Positions 22,721 through 32,140 of a stretch of DNA of 64,000 nt are shown here, in pieces. The notes under the pieces were generated by a model that ran no database searches, was not told the origin of the DNA, and worked only from the letters and a program-made list of their open reading frames with translations. A program made the translations under genes and the position numbers. Every line of letters starts with the position of its first letter. Positions within the stretch are counted from its first letter, which is position 1. The DNA lies in assembly GCA_036918135.1 (NCBI GenBank), contig JBALDB010000002.1, positions 192,001-256,000 on the forward strand, in the 5' to 3' direction. Origin of the DNA: Nostoc sp. Its GTDB lineage: Bacteria; Cyanobacteriota; Cyanobacteriia; Cyanobacteriales; Nostocaceae.

Positions 22721-22861
22721 GGATTTATCTTATTGACTCAAGCTACCTACTTTATTAACTAAACGTGAGTTCGACAATAGTAGAATCAGCAAAAGTTATA
22801 CGATTTCTTTGTGAGGTTGCGCCAAACTTTTTTGACTTCTTGTTTCTTTGAAATAACAGTT

Positions 22862-23566
22862 CTATAGTCGATTTTTAGTTGGAATTACAATCATTGCAAA
22901 ATATGGTACTTCTGCGGGGTCGACTTCATCCAAGGGTATAATCCGTTGCTGTGTCATGGTTGCCCGCTCAATATATCTTGCCCGCGATGCTAGCCCTAAT
23001 TTATGCAGAATGTCGCGCACTTTAGTAAAATGACGACCTAGTTTCATAATTGCTGCTGCATCGGTCATCAAAAGTTGTGTAGTCAGTTCTTCTGCTGGCA
23101 GTGGGGCAGGCAGGACTGTGAGAATATCATTGTAATAGGTGAAAGGTACGCCCAAGGCGACTGGACAAGCCATCAGTGAGGAAACTCCAGGGACAACTTC
23201 TGTTTGGTACTCGTCACATAACCGCGTGAATAGGTACATGAAGGAGCCGTAGAAAAAGGGGTCACCTTCACATAACACTACGACATCTCGACCTGCTGCT
23301 AAATGAGCGGCGATTGGTTCAACTTCCTTGTCGTAAATCGATTTGGCTTTTTCTGGTTCCAAAGCGCGGGGGAGGTGAAATAACACCTCGATTTGCTCCC
23401 CAGTTAGATACTGCGCGACGATCGCTCTAGCAATACTCTCCCGATCTGTGGCTGATTGATAGGCTACCACAGGAGCCGCACGCAATAACCGCAGTGCTTT
23501 GAGAGTCAATAATTCTGGATCGCCTGGCCCGACACCAATTCCATAAAGACGACCTTTGGTATTCAT
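22862..23566 (-). CDS. cobI: Precorrin-2 C20-methyltransferase
   Basis: LYGIGVGPGDPELLTLKA, CEGDPFFYGS, VPGVSS. Confidence 0.94.
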   Translation of the reverse strand: MNTKGRLYGIGVGPGDPELLTLKALRLLRAAPVVAYQSATDRESIARAIVAQYLTGEQIEVLFHLPRALEPEKAKSIYDKEVEPIAAHLAAGRDVVVLCEGDPFFYGSFMYLFTRLCDEYQTEVVPGVSSLMACPVALGVPFTYYNDILTVLPAPLPAEELTTQLLMTDAAAIMKLGRHFTKVRDILHKLGLASRARYIERATMTQQRIIPLDEVDPAEVPYFAMIVIPTKNRL

Positions 23567-24192
23567 TATTCTTCCTCCGTTGCCAAGGCATTAACTGCGG
23601 CGGCGGCGATCGCACTGCCACCGCGCCGACCATGTAATGTCAAAAATGGTACATTTCTGCTATCTGCTGCCAATGCCGCTTTTGATTCGGCTGCACCAAC
23701 AAAACCCACTGGAAAGCCTAATATTATAGCAGGCTTCGGCACTCCTTCATCAAGCATTTCTAATAGTCTAAATAGGGCGGTGGGGGCATTGCCAATTGCT
23801 ACTACTGACCCTTCGAGATGCGATCGCCATAATTCTAAAGCTGCTGCCGACCTTGTGGTATCAAGACTTTTGGCCATCTCTGGCACTTGAGGATTGTTGA
23901 GGGTACAGATAACTTGATTGTTTGCGGATAACCGCCGCCTGGTAACGCCTTCAGCAACCATCCGGCAATCGCAGAGAATCGGCGCTCCTGCTGCTAGTGC
24001 TGCCCTTGCAGATTGCACTGCTGTTGGTGAATATCCCAAGTCATCGACGATATCGGTCATTCCACAGGCATGTATGAGACGTACAGCAACTTTTGCTACA
24101 TCTGGCGGTACTACATCTAGGTTGGCTTCTGACCGGATGATGGCAAAGGAGTTATGGTAAATTTCATTGGCGTCTCGGATGTAGTCGGTCAT
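23566..24192 (-). CDS. cobH: Precorrin-8X methylmutase
   Basis: RLIHACG, TRSAAA, IGNAPTAL, GFPVGFVGAAESK, GRRGGS; stop overlaps cobI start. Confidence 0.96.
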   Translation of the reverse strand: MTDYIRDANEIYHNSFAIIRSEANLDVVPPDVAKVAVRLIHACGMTDIVDDLGYSPTAVQSARAALAAGAPILCDCRMVAEGVTRRRLSANNQVICTLNNPQVPEMAKSLDTTRSAAALELWRSHLEGSVVAIGNAPTALFRLLEMLDEGVPKPAIILGFPVGFVGAAESKAALAADSRNVPFLTLHGRRGGSAIAAAAVNALATEEE

Positions 24193-24266
24193 AGTGGAGA
24201 GTAATGAATTTGCACGCAGAGGCGCAGAGAGTTAGAGATTTAGATGGGTTGGGCTAGTTAAAACTG

Positions 24267-25628
24267 TTATATTTTATACATCTTTATAATTTTCTCTATT
24301 AATGCTGGTAGTTCGGGAAAGGTAACGTATTGGTATAGTTGACGACCGAATTTATAGCTGCTGTTGCTGTCACCAAGATAAACGTGATAGGCTTCGACTG
24401 TTTGATTGTCTGCCTCAAAGTTGACACCGAGTAGGGTGATATCACTTTGGCTATGTTGGGCGCAGGATTTTTGACAGCCAGTAAAGTGGATATTAATTGG
24501 GTGTTCGAGAGTGAGGCTTTCAAGATATTTTGCCAATGCTAATGCATGACTTTTGGTATCGGTGGCAGAAGCGGCACAACCTTTCTTACCAGAACAGGCA
24601 ACTAATCCACTCTTAATGTTGGTTGCTGAGGTATTTAATCCTAAGATGGTAATTTCATTTTGGACATCAGTAAGCTTTTGCTGAGGAATATCTGTTATCA
24701 ATAAATTCTGCCAGGGGGTTAGCCTGACTTCACTGCCGTATTTTGCTGCTAAATCTGCTAAACCCCGCATTTGCCAACTCTCTAGGCGTCCAAGGGGTAA
24801 GACGACACCAATGTAAAATAATCCTTTCTGGCGTTGGGGATGGATGCCAAGATGCTGATATTTAGTATCTATTCTCTGTGCAGCTGGGGATGTTTGACTG
24901 CGGTTAAGAGGAAAAGTTAGACGTTGCTGAACTTGCTGAAGATAATTCTCGCAACCCAAAGTATTTAATAAGTCTCTCAAACGTAGCCGCCGCTGATTAT
25001 TAATATCACTATGATTGAGATAGACATCCGCCAAAGCTGCTAAGACGGGTAAACAATCATTTGGTGGTAACAAAATTTTCGTATCGCTGGGCGGTTGTCC
25101 CTTCGCGCCTACACTCAGATGGAGACGGAAGTAAACATCACCGTCAATTAAGACAGCAGCAAATAGAATATCATTTAGGCGATCGCACACTTGAACTATG
25201 CCACCACCATCAAAGCAAACGCTAAATTTTGCTGAGAGTCCTGATAAGGCTGGATGTGTTGCCAGATAATTATCCCAAGCTTGGACAAAGGGACGAGTGT
25301 CGATTAATTCTTGGGGGTCGATACCAGCAGTTGGGCTGGTCATAATGTTGCGAATGTGGTCTACATCGGTATTGCAACAACCGAGTCCGATATTCTGTAA
25401 GCGGTTGAGAACTTCAGAATCGATAAGAGTGCGGATTTCGCGGATTTGCAAGTTAGCTCGATTAGTCACATCTACATAGCCCCCGCCGTGCAGTTCTGCT
25501 ATCTCTGCAATCGCGCGGCACTGTTTGCTATTAATCATCCCACCCGGAATTCTCATGCGAGATAGGATACCGTCTTCAGCGGGTGTGGCATAAAACAAGC
25601 CAGGACAAGTAGTAAATCCAGAAACCAA
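24267..25628 (-). CDS. cobG: Precorrin-3B synthase
   Basis: CPG...DG.L.R.R.PGG, TNRANLQIR, C-terminal ACSG..GC and H.TGC.KSC; TTG at 25628 has AGGAG SD 8 nt upstream (ORF track start 25652). Confidence 0.9.
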   Translation of the reverse strand: MVSGFTTCPGLFYATPAEDGILSRMRIPGGMINSKQCRAIAEIAELHGGGYVDVTNRANLQIREIRTLIDSEVLNRLQNIGLGCCNTDVDHIRNIMTSPTAGIDPQELIDTRPFVQAWDNYLATHPALSGLSAKFSVCFDGGGIVQVCDRLNDILFAAVLIDGDVYFRLHLSVGAKGQPPSDTKILLPPNDCLPVLAALADVYLNHSDINNQRRLRLRDLLNTLGCENYLQQVQQRLTFPLNRSQTSPAAQRIDTKYQHLGIHPQRQKGLFYIGVVLPLGRLESWQMRGLADLAAKYGSEVRLTPWQNLLITDIPQQKLTDVQNEITILGLNTSATNIKSGLVACSGKKGCAASATDTKSHALALAKYLESLTLEHPINIHFTGCQKSCAQHSQSDITLLGVNFEADNQTVEAYHVYLGDSNSSYKFGRQLYQYVTFPELPALIEKIIKMYKI

Positions 25629-25688
25629 ACTGAAAACTCCTTCCTTGTGCAACGCAGAAAGTAGACGGTGGTATATCCTGAGGACATC

Positions 25689-25775
25689 CTGAGAGTTGGC
25701 ATTCTGACTTAGGCGATTCCATCACAGTTGCGGCACAGTCCCGGAATTTCACCGGAGTTTCCCAACCTCAAGCTT
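25689..25775 (-). promoter_or_regulatory. Cobalamin riboswitch, short form
   Basis: Minus strand TTGAGGTTGGGAAACTCCGGTGAAATTCCGGGACTGTGCCGCAACTGTGATGG...AAGTCAGAATGCCAACTCTCAG: GGGAA, CCGGTG-AAAT-CCGG, GCAACTGT and B12-box AGTCAGA, closed by a P1 stem; directly upstream of cobG. Confidence 0.9.
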
Positions 25776-26058
25776 TAGTAATTTAGCACGATAAGGCGGT
25801 CAATAAACAGGAGTCTGTTAACTGTTAACTGTTGACTGTATAAGGTTGTCTTTTAAGTAAATCAATGCAATAAAACTAAACTGTGTGAATAAAAGTAAAT
25901 AAGGCTCAAACTCTTTCTCTCCCTGCTCCCTGCCCCCTGCCTGGGTAAGCACAAGGCAAGGCTTTCAAGTAGGGCTATGCCAACAGCTCGAATCAGCAAG
26001 TAAATTGCTACATTAAATTTAGAGCGATTTACTCTATTCAGGCTACCGCCGCAACGTC

Positions 26059-28263
26059 GTGATTAGTGGACTTTTAGAAAAACTCCGTGTCTCGTTTGTC
26101 AAAGAGCGGGATTTGCGTAAAACATCCTTGGGCAATGGTTGGCTGCAAATTATTTTGGTTACCAGTGTGGGAGTTACCGCCCTCATCTGGGGAGTTCGCG
26201 AACTCAAATGGTTGCAGGCTTGGGAGTTAAGAGTTTATGACCAGATGTTGCGATCGCGTCCGACACAAGCACCCGATGGGCGGATTTTGATAGTAAAAAT
26301 CACTGACGAGGATCTCCAACAAGAAAAATGGCAACTGTCAGATACTAAAATTAATCAACTTTTACAAAAAATCGAGTCTTATCAACCGCGTATTGTTGGT
26401 TTATATCTTTTTCGCCCGGAAGACAAAAATTTAGCAGTAAAGCAAAATCAAGACAATATTATTGGCACTTGCTTGTTTAGCAGCGTCGGGAGATCTGAAA
26501 TTCCACCACCGCCAAATTTTCCGATAGATAATGTTGGGTTTAGCGATGTAGTTGCCGATCATGAAAACGACCAAATTCTCCGCCGCAGTTTGTTATTCGC
26601 TAATTCTACAGATGAAAAATGTACAACATCGTTTGCATTTGGGGCGTTAATTGCAATTAATTATTTGGAAAAACAAGGCATTGAATATAAATTCACAGAT
26701 AAAGGAGATTTTCAGTTAGGTAAAACTATTTTACCGCGTCTAAAACCTAATTCTGGTAGTTATCAAGATTTGGATGCAGATGGTTATCAAATATTATTAA
26801 ATTACCGTCACCCCAATAACCTCGCCCCTCAAGTGACTCTAACGGAAGTTCTGAGCGATCGCGTTAATCCCAGTTTATTTAAAGACCGTCTGGTAATTAT
26901 CGGTACTACCTCAGCTAGCTTGGTTCCGGGTAGCTTTTATACACCTTACAGTAGTTTACCAGACCAGCCAGCGAGAATGCCTGCTCTGTTTATTCATGCC
27001 CAGATAGCGAGTCAACTGATTGGTACAGTCTTGGATGGGCGACCTTTAATTTGGTACTGGCCTGACTGGGTAGAACTAATTTGGGTGTGGGGCTGGGCGG
27101 TTTTAGGTAGTACTTTAGCATGGTGGTGGCGAAATCCGTTACTTTTGCTAATCGTGGGAGGGGTAACCCTAGTTGTATTAGTGGGAATCTGCGTGATTTT
27201 ATTTCTACAAGCCGGATGGATACCGTTAATTCCCTCTGGCTTGGCTTTCATAATTAGTATTATCAGCGTCATGGCTTATACTAATTATCAAAATCAGCGG
27301 CAGACTCAAGTAATTATTCTCCAAGTTGAAAAACAACAAGCAGCGATCGCTCAATTAAATCTACTCTTGGAAGACAAAACAGCACTTCCAGATTCAGAGC
27401 TTGATTTTCCTCCCACAATCGATTCACCACAAATAAAATCTGGAGATTTACTTTTGAGCGGACGTTACCAAATCTCAAAAGTCTTGGGTGCAGGTGGATT
27501 TGGTCGCACTTATTTAGCACGAGATACTCAACGACCAGGTAATCCGACTTGTGTCGTGAAAAAACTAATGCCAGCTCGCCAAGATAGTAGATTTTTGCAA
27601 GTTGCTCGCAGGTTATTTCACAGTGAAGCAGAAATTTTAGAAACTTTAGGTAAATATCATCAAATCCCAGAACTACTTGCTTATTTTGAAGATAACCAAG
27701 AATTTTATTTAATTCAAGAATATATTGAAGGACATACTTTAAGTGAAGAATTACCACCTGTGCATCACTTAAAAAACGAGTTATTTGTGATTGAAATGCT
27801 CAAGGAAGTTTTAGAAATTTTGGTATTTGTTCATCAACATCGAGTGATTCATCGTGATATTAAACCGACTAATATTATTAGACGCACTCAAGATAATCAG
27901 TTAGTATTAATTGACTTTGGGGCTGTGAAATTGATGCAACCGCCGAGTAGCGAGCAAACAGAATTAGCAACAGTAGCTATCGGGACGCGAGGTTATGCAC
28001 CTCCAGAACAATTTGCTGGTCATCCCCGCTTGTCCAGTGATATTTATGCTTTAGGAATGATTGCCATTCAAGCTATAACTGGAATACCACCACAGGAACT
28101 CCATCCAGATCCAGAAACGGGTAATGTGATGTGGCGACAAACAGCACGAATCAGCCAAGAATTAGCTGTAATTTTAGATAAAATGGTTTGTTATCATTTT
28201 AGCGATCGCTATCAATCAGCCGCCACAATTTTACAAGATTTAAAACGAATTTCAATTAATTGA
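26059..28263 (+). CDS. CHASE2-domain membrane Ser/Thr protein kinase
   Basis: CHASE2 (ELRVYDQM..R, RILIV.I, VIIG, IHAQ..SQ), TM helices, kinase LGAGGFGRTY, IHRDIKPTN, DFG, GTRGYAPPEQ. Confidence 0.95.
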   Translation: MISGLLEKLRVSFVKERDLRKTSLGNGWLQIILVTSVGVTALIWGVRELKWLQAWELRVYDQMLRSRPTQAPDGRILIVKITDEDLQQEKWQLSDTKINQLLQKIESYQPRIVGLYLFRPEDKNLAVKQNQDNIIGTCLFSSVGRSEIPPPPNFPIDNVGFSDVVADHENDQILRRSLLFANSTDEKCTTSFAFGALIAINYLEKQGIEYKFTDKGDFQLGKTILPRLKPNSGSYQDLDADGYQILLNYRHPNNLAPQVTLTEVLSDRVNPSLFKDRLVIIGTTSASLVPGSFYTPYSSLPDQPARMPALFIHAQIASQLIGTVLDGRPLIWYWPDWVELIWVWGWAVLGSTLAWWWRNPLLLLIVGGVTLVVLVGICVILFLQAGWIPLIPSGLAFIISIISVMAYTNYQNQRQTQVIILQVEKQQAAIAQLNLLLEDKTALPDSELDFPPTIDSPQIKSGDLLLSGRYQISKVLGAGGFGRTYLARDTQRPGNPTCVVKKLMPARQDSRFLQVARRLFHSEAEILETLGKYHQIPELLAYFEDNQEFYLIQEYIEGHTLSEELPPVHHLKNELFVIEMLKEVLEILVFVHQHRVIHRDIKPTNIIRRTQDNQLVLIDFGAVKLMQPPSSEQTELATVAIGTRGYAPPEQFAGHPRLSSDIYALGMIAIQAITGIPPQELHPDPETGNVMWRQTARISQELAVILDKMVCYHFSDRYQSAATILQDLKRISIN

Positions 28264-28282
28264 GTTAGGTTATCAGATCGTC

Positions 28283-28882
28283 ATGAACCCGAATGCTATA
28301 GCCTCTCAATACGACCGAATTGCCCGATGGTGGCAGATTAAGCATCAAGATTCGCCATACGGGATCGCACAATTGGAGCGCGCTATCAAATTTACTTCTA
28401 AGCGGTACTCAGCTATTGATGTAGGGTGTGGAAGTAGTGGACGTTTTATTAACATCTTATCCAAGCATGGATTTCAGACTGAAGGACTTGATATTTCCAC
28501 AGAAATGATAAATTTAGCCAAGCAACTCCATCCAAATATCAAGTTTTACACCGAAGACATCTGCTGTTGGATTCCTCCGAAACTTTACAGCTTAATTTCT
28601 GCTTGGGACAGCACTTTTCATCTGCCACTAAATATGCAAGAGCCTGTTATGAAAAAGTTATGCGATGCTCTTGAACCTGATGGGGTACTGCTGTTCACTT
28701 GTGGTGGTGGACATATAAACAGCGAAATTTCGGGGACATTTCAAGGTCAGAACTTTGAGTATAGCACTTTGGGGGTAGATGCTTTGGTGCGAATTCTTAA
28801 TGAGCATCACTGTACATGCCGCCATCTAGAATATGACCAATATCCGGAAAATCATGTTTATATCATTGCTCAAAAGACCTAA
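28283..28882 (+). CDS. Class I SAM-dependent methyltransferase
   Basis: IDVGCGSSG, GLDISTEMI, LEPDGVLLF. Confidence 0.9.
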   Translation: MNPNAIASQYDRIARWWQIKHQDSPYGIAQLERAIKFTSKRYSAIDVGCGSSGRFINILSKHGFQTEGLDISTEMINLAKQLHPNIKFYTEDICCWIPPKLYSLISAWDSTFHLPLNMQEPVMKKLCDALEPDGVLLFTCGGGHINSEISGTFQGQNFEYSTLGVDALVRILNEHHCTCRHLEYDQYPENHVYIIAQKT

Positions 28883-29143
28883 TCAATCATTGCAGTGGAT
28901 GTATAAGCAATCTGACTGCTATAAATTTACCTCAATCGATACGAAGTTTTTGATAAAGCGATCGCCCCACACTACCAATATCATATTAATGCGAGCGTTA
29001 TTGAATTGAACCTATGGGTTATTATTTACTCATTTTTATTAAGCTTAATTTTTGACAGTTGTCTTTAAATTTTTGTATGCCCGGAGTAGAAACACGCTAC
29101 ATCCTATTGTTAATCTACTTATAGGCATTGAGGAAACAGAGCG

Positions 29144-31234
29144 ATGTTGAAAGTTTTTGCAGACAGAGGTGGTACATTTACAGATATTGTTGCTGTTACT
29201 AACAACCAAGAAATTATAGACAGACTATCAAAACATCTTGAACGATTTTTAATTGTTCCGCTGCCTAATCGGCAATGGATTGTAGTTTACAAACTACTTT
29301 CAGAAAATCCCGAACAATATCAAGATGCAGCTATTCTAGGTATTCGAGATATTATCGGTCTTTCAACTGAAGAACCTATTCCCGATGAAGCAATAGAAGT
29401 AATAAAAATGGGGACAACAGTAGCGACAAATGCACTGTTAGAAAGAAAAGGCGACAGGGTTGTGCTTCTCATTACTAAAGGGTTTAAAGATGCGCTACGA
29501 ATTGGCTACCAAAATCGTCCTCACATCTTTGCTCGTCAGATAGTTTTACCAACCATGCTTTACGAACAGGTGATTGAAGTAGATGAACGTTACGATGCTA
29601 AAGGAAATGAATTAACCCCAGTCAATCTCGAACAAGTCAAAAGTGACTTACAAGCAGTTTATAACATAGGAATTAGGAGTTGTGCTATTGTTTTTATGCA
29701 CAGCGATCGCTATCCCAAACACGAACAAGAAGTAGCAGCAATCGCCCAAGAAATCGGCTTTAATCAAATATCTGTATCTCATCAAGTTAGTCCGTTAATG
29801 AAATTAGTTAGCCGCGGCGATACAACAGTAGTCGATGCCTATTTAACTCCTATTTTACGTCGCTACGTCAACCAAATAGCGAGTCAGTTACCCCAAGTAA
29901 AATTAATGTTTATGAAATCTGATGGGGGTTTGGTTGCAGCCGAACAATTCCAAGGAAAAGATAGTATTTTGAGTGGCCCTGCTGGGGGTATTGTTGGCGC
30001 AGTTCAAACTAGTAAAAGAGCAGGTTTTGAGTTAATAATTACCTTTGATATGGGAGGAACTAGTACAGATGTTGCCCATTTTAAAGGAGAGTACGAACGA
30101 CAATTAGATTTAGAAATTGCTGGGGCGCGGATGCGAGTTCCAGTATTAGCAATTAATACTATTGCGGCTGGCGGTGGTTCAATTCTGTTTTTTGATGGTT
30201 CTAGTTATCGTGTCGGCCCTAAATCTGCTGCTTCAATTCCTGGGCCTGCTTGTTATCGTCGTGGGGGGCCATTAGCGGTTACTGATGCCAATGTGATGTT
30301 AGGCAAAATCCACCCGCAATATTTTCCCTCAGTTTTTGGAATTGATGGTAATTTACCTTTAGATAAAGATATTGTGATTCAGAAATTTACACAATTAGCC
30401 CAAGAAATTATATCTGCTACAAGAAATCATTGTACACCCGAACAAGTAGCGGCTGGATTTATAGCGATCGCAGTCGAAAATATGGCAAATGCAATAAAAA
30501 AAATTAGCCTCCAACGTGGTTATGATGTCACTAAATATGTACTGTGTTGTTTTGGTGGTGCGGCTGGGCAAGTTGCTTGTTTAATTGCCGATACTTTGGG
30601 GATGAAAAAGATATTTCTACATCCTTATGCTGGAGTTCTTTCTGCTTATGGAATGGGCTTAGCTGATGTCCGAGCAATTAGAGAAGCAGGAGTTGAACAA
30701 CCTTTAACTCAATCGTTAATCCCTAAATTACAACAGTTAATAGAATATTTAGCAATCCAAGCTAGAAGTGAAATTAATCAAGCACCCACTGAAGTAGAAG
30801 TAGTCTGCAAAGCTAATTTAAAATATGAAGGTACTAACTCTATCTTGACCGTGGATTTTGCTGATGAAGTGGTAGTAATGCGACAAAAATTTGAAACTGA
30901 GCATCTATCCCGCTATGGTTTCTTTCAATCAGAGAAAACCTTAATTGTCGAATCTCTATCAGTGGAAGTAATTCAGAAGATGGATACACCAGAAGAACCC
31001 TTAATTACTCGTACCCGTTTGATAGATGAATTTCCCAAATCTGTTGAAACAATCAAGATGTTTACTGCTGATACTTGGCATGATACACCTGTTTATCGAC
31101 GCGAAGATTTACAGCCAGAAGATAAGATTATTGGAACTGCAATTATTGTTGAAAAAATTAGCACTATTGTAGTTGAACCATTATGGCAAGCCAGATTAAC
31201 TCAACGGAATCATCTAATTTTAGAACGTCTATAA
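29144..31234 (+). CDS. 5-oxoprolinase/hydantoinase subunit A
   Basis: DRGGTFTD, GTTVATNALLERKG, LSGPAGG, DMGGTSTDV, GPACYRRGG. Confidence 0.95.
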   Translation: MLKVFADRGGTFTDIVAVTNNQEIIDRLSKHLERFLIVPLPNRQWIVVYKLLSENPEQYQDAAILGIRDIIGLSTEEPIPDEAIEVIKMGTTVATNALLERKGDRVVLLITKGFKDALRIGYQNRPHIFARQIVLPTMLYEQVIEVDERYDAKGNELTPVNLEQVKSDLQAVYNIGIRSCAIVFMHSDRYPKHEQEVAAIAQEIGFNQISVSHQVSPLMKLVSRGDTTVVDAYLTPILRRYVNQIASQLPQVKLMFMKSDGGLVAAEQFQGKDSILSGPAGGIVGAVQTSKRAGFELIITFDMGGTSTDVAHFKGEYERQLDLEIAGARMRVPVLAINTIAAGGGSILFFDGSSYRVGPKSAASIPGPACYRRGGPLAVTDANVMLGKIHPQYFPSVFGIDGNLPLDKDIVIQKFTQLAQEIISATRNHCTPEQVAAGFIAIAVENMANAIKKISLQRGYDVTKYVLCCFGGAAGQVACLIADTLGMKKIFLHPYAGVLSAYGMGLADVRAIREAGVEQPLTQSLIPKLQQLIEYLAIQARSEINQAPTEVEVVCKANLKYEGTNSILTVDFADEVVVMRQKFETEHLSRYGFFQSEKTLIVESLSVEVIQKMDTPEEPLITRTRLIDEFPKSVETIKMFTADTWHDTPVYRREDLQPEDKIIGTAIIVEKISTIVVEPLWQARLTQRNHLILERL

Positions 31235-31313
31235 ACTGGCTGTTTTGCTGTAAAAAACTCACTCTCGTTACACTAACCTCAACACGGTTTTCTAATCAAA
31301 AGGCTATCCGTTT

Positions 31314-32072
31314 ATGGAGTCTCGCATTCAGTCATATTTACGCTTCGCGGCGAGCAAGCAACGCGATACGAAGCAGATTGGATCTTTCCTCGCTAGTTTT
31401 AACCGTTATAGCGCCAATCCTTTTCTTAACTATGCCATCCCTAACGATGCAGCCACACCCTCACTTACCGAGATTAAGGCACTAATCGCTGCTTATGAAA
31501 GTCGCGGACGAAAACCGCGTTTGGAATACATTGCTTCCCTAGCGCCTGCTGTCGAGGAGGCACTAGTAGCTGCTGCTTTCACCGTTGAGGGACGCTTGCC
31601 ACTGATGATTTGCACTCCTGGTTTAGAGCAATTGCTTCCTGTTCCCCCGGACATCGAATTAATTGTACCTGTTTCGGATGCTGAAATACTTGCTACAGTT
31701 ACAGTGCAAAACGAGGCTTATGGAGAGTCTGCACCAAGCCCTGAAGATGTTAAACGTCTCAGCAATAGCCTAGCAGCAGGTGGAATCGCTGTACTTGCTC
31801 GTTTTATTACAACAGGCGAGCCTGTAGGGGCTGGAGTATGTTCCGTGCCCATAAATCAGACAACAGAAATCGCTGGTATCGGTGTACGTATAGCTTTTCG
31901 CCGACGCGGCATAGCAGGAGCCTTAACAACCCGCCTAGTGCAAGAAGCTTTCGATGCAGGTATTACGATGACATTTCTGATGGCAGCACATCAAGAGGAA
32001 GTACGAATTTACACTCGTGCAGGATTCTCTACAATCGACGAAATTTTGCACATTTCGCTTTCGTGCAAGTAG
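31314..32072 (+). CDS. GNAT family N-acetyltransferase
   Basis: EIAGIGV..AFRRRGIAGAL, YTRAGF acetyl-CoA-binding motifs. Confidence 0.9.
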   Translation: MESRIQSYLRFAASKQRDTKQIGSFLASFNRYSANPFLNYAIPNDAATPSLTEIKALIAAYESRGRKPRLEYIASLAPAVEEALVAAAFTVEGRLPLMICTPGLEQLLPVPPDIELIVPVSDAEILATVTVQNEAYGESAPSPEDVKRLSNSLAAGGIAVLARFITTGEPVGAGVCSVPINQTTEIAGIGVRIAFRRRGIAGALTTRLVQEAFDAGITMTFLMAAHQEEVRIYTRAGFSTIDEILHISLSCK

Positions 32073-32140
32073 ACAGTAAATACTTCAGTATATAAAAAAT
32101 TATTTAAGCACTTACGACACAATTTTTTAAGAAATTAAAA

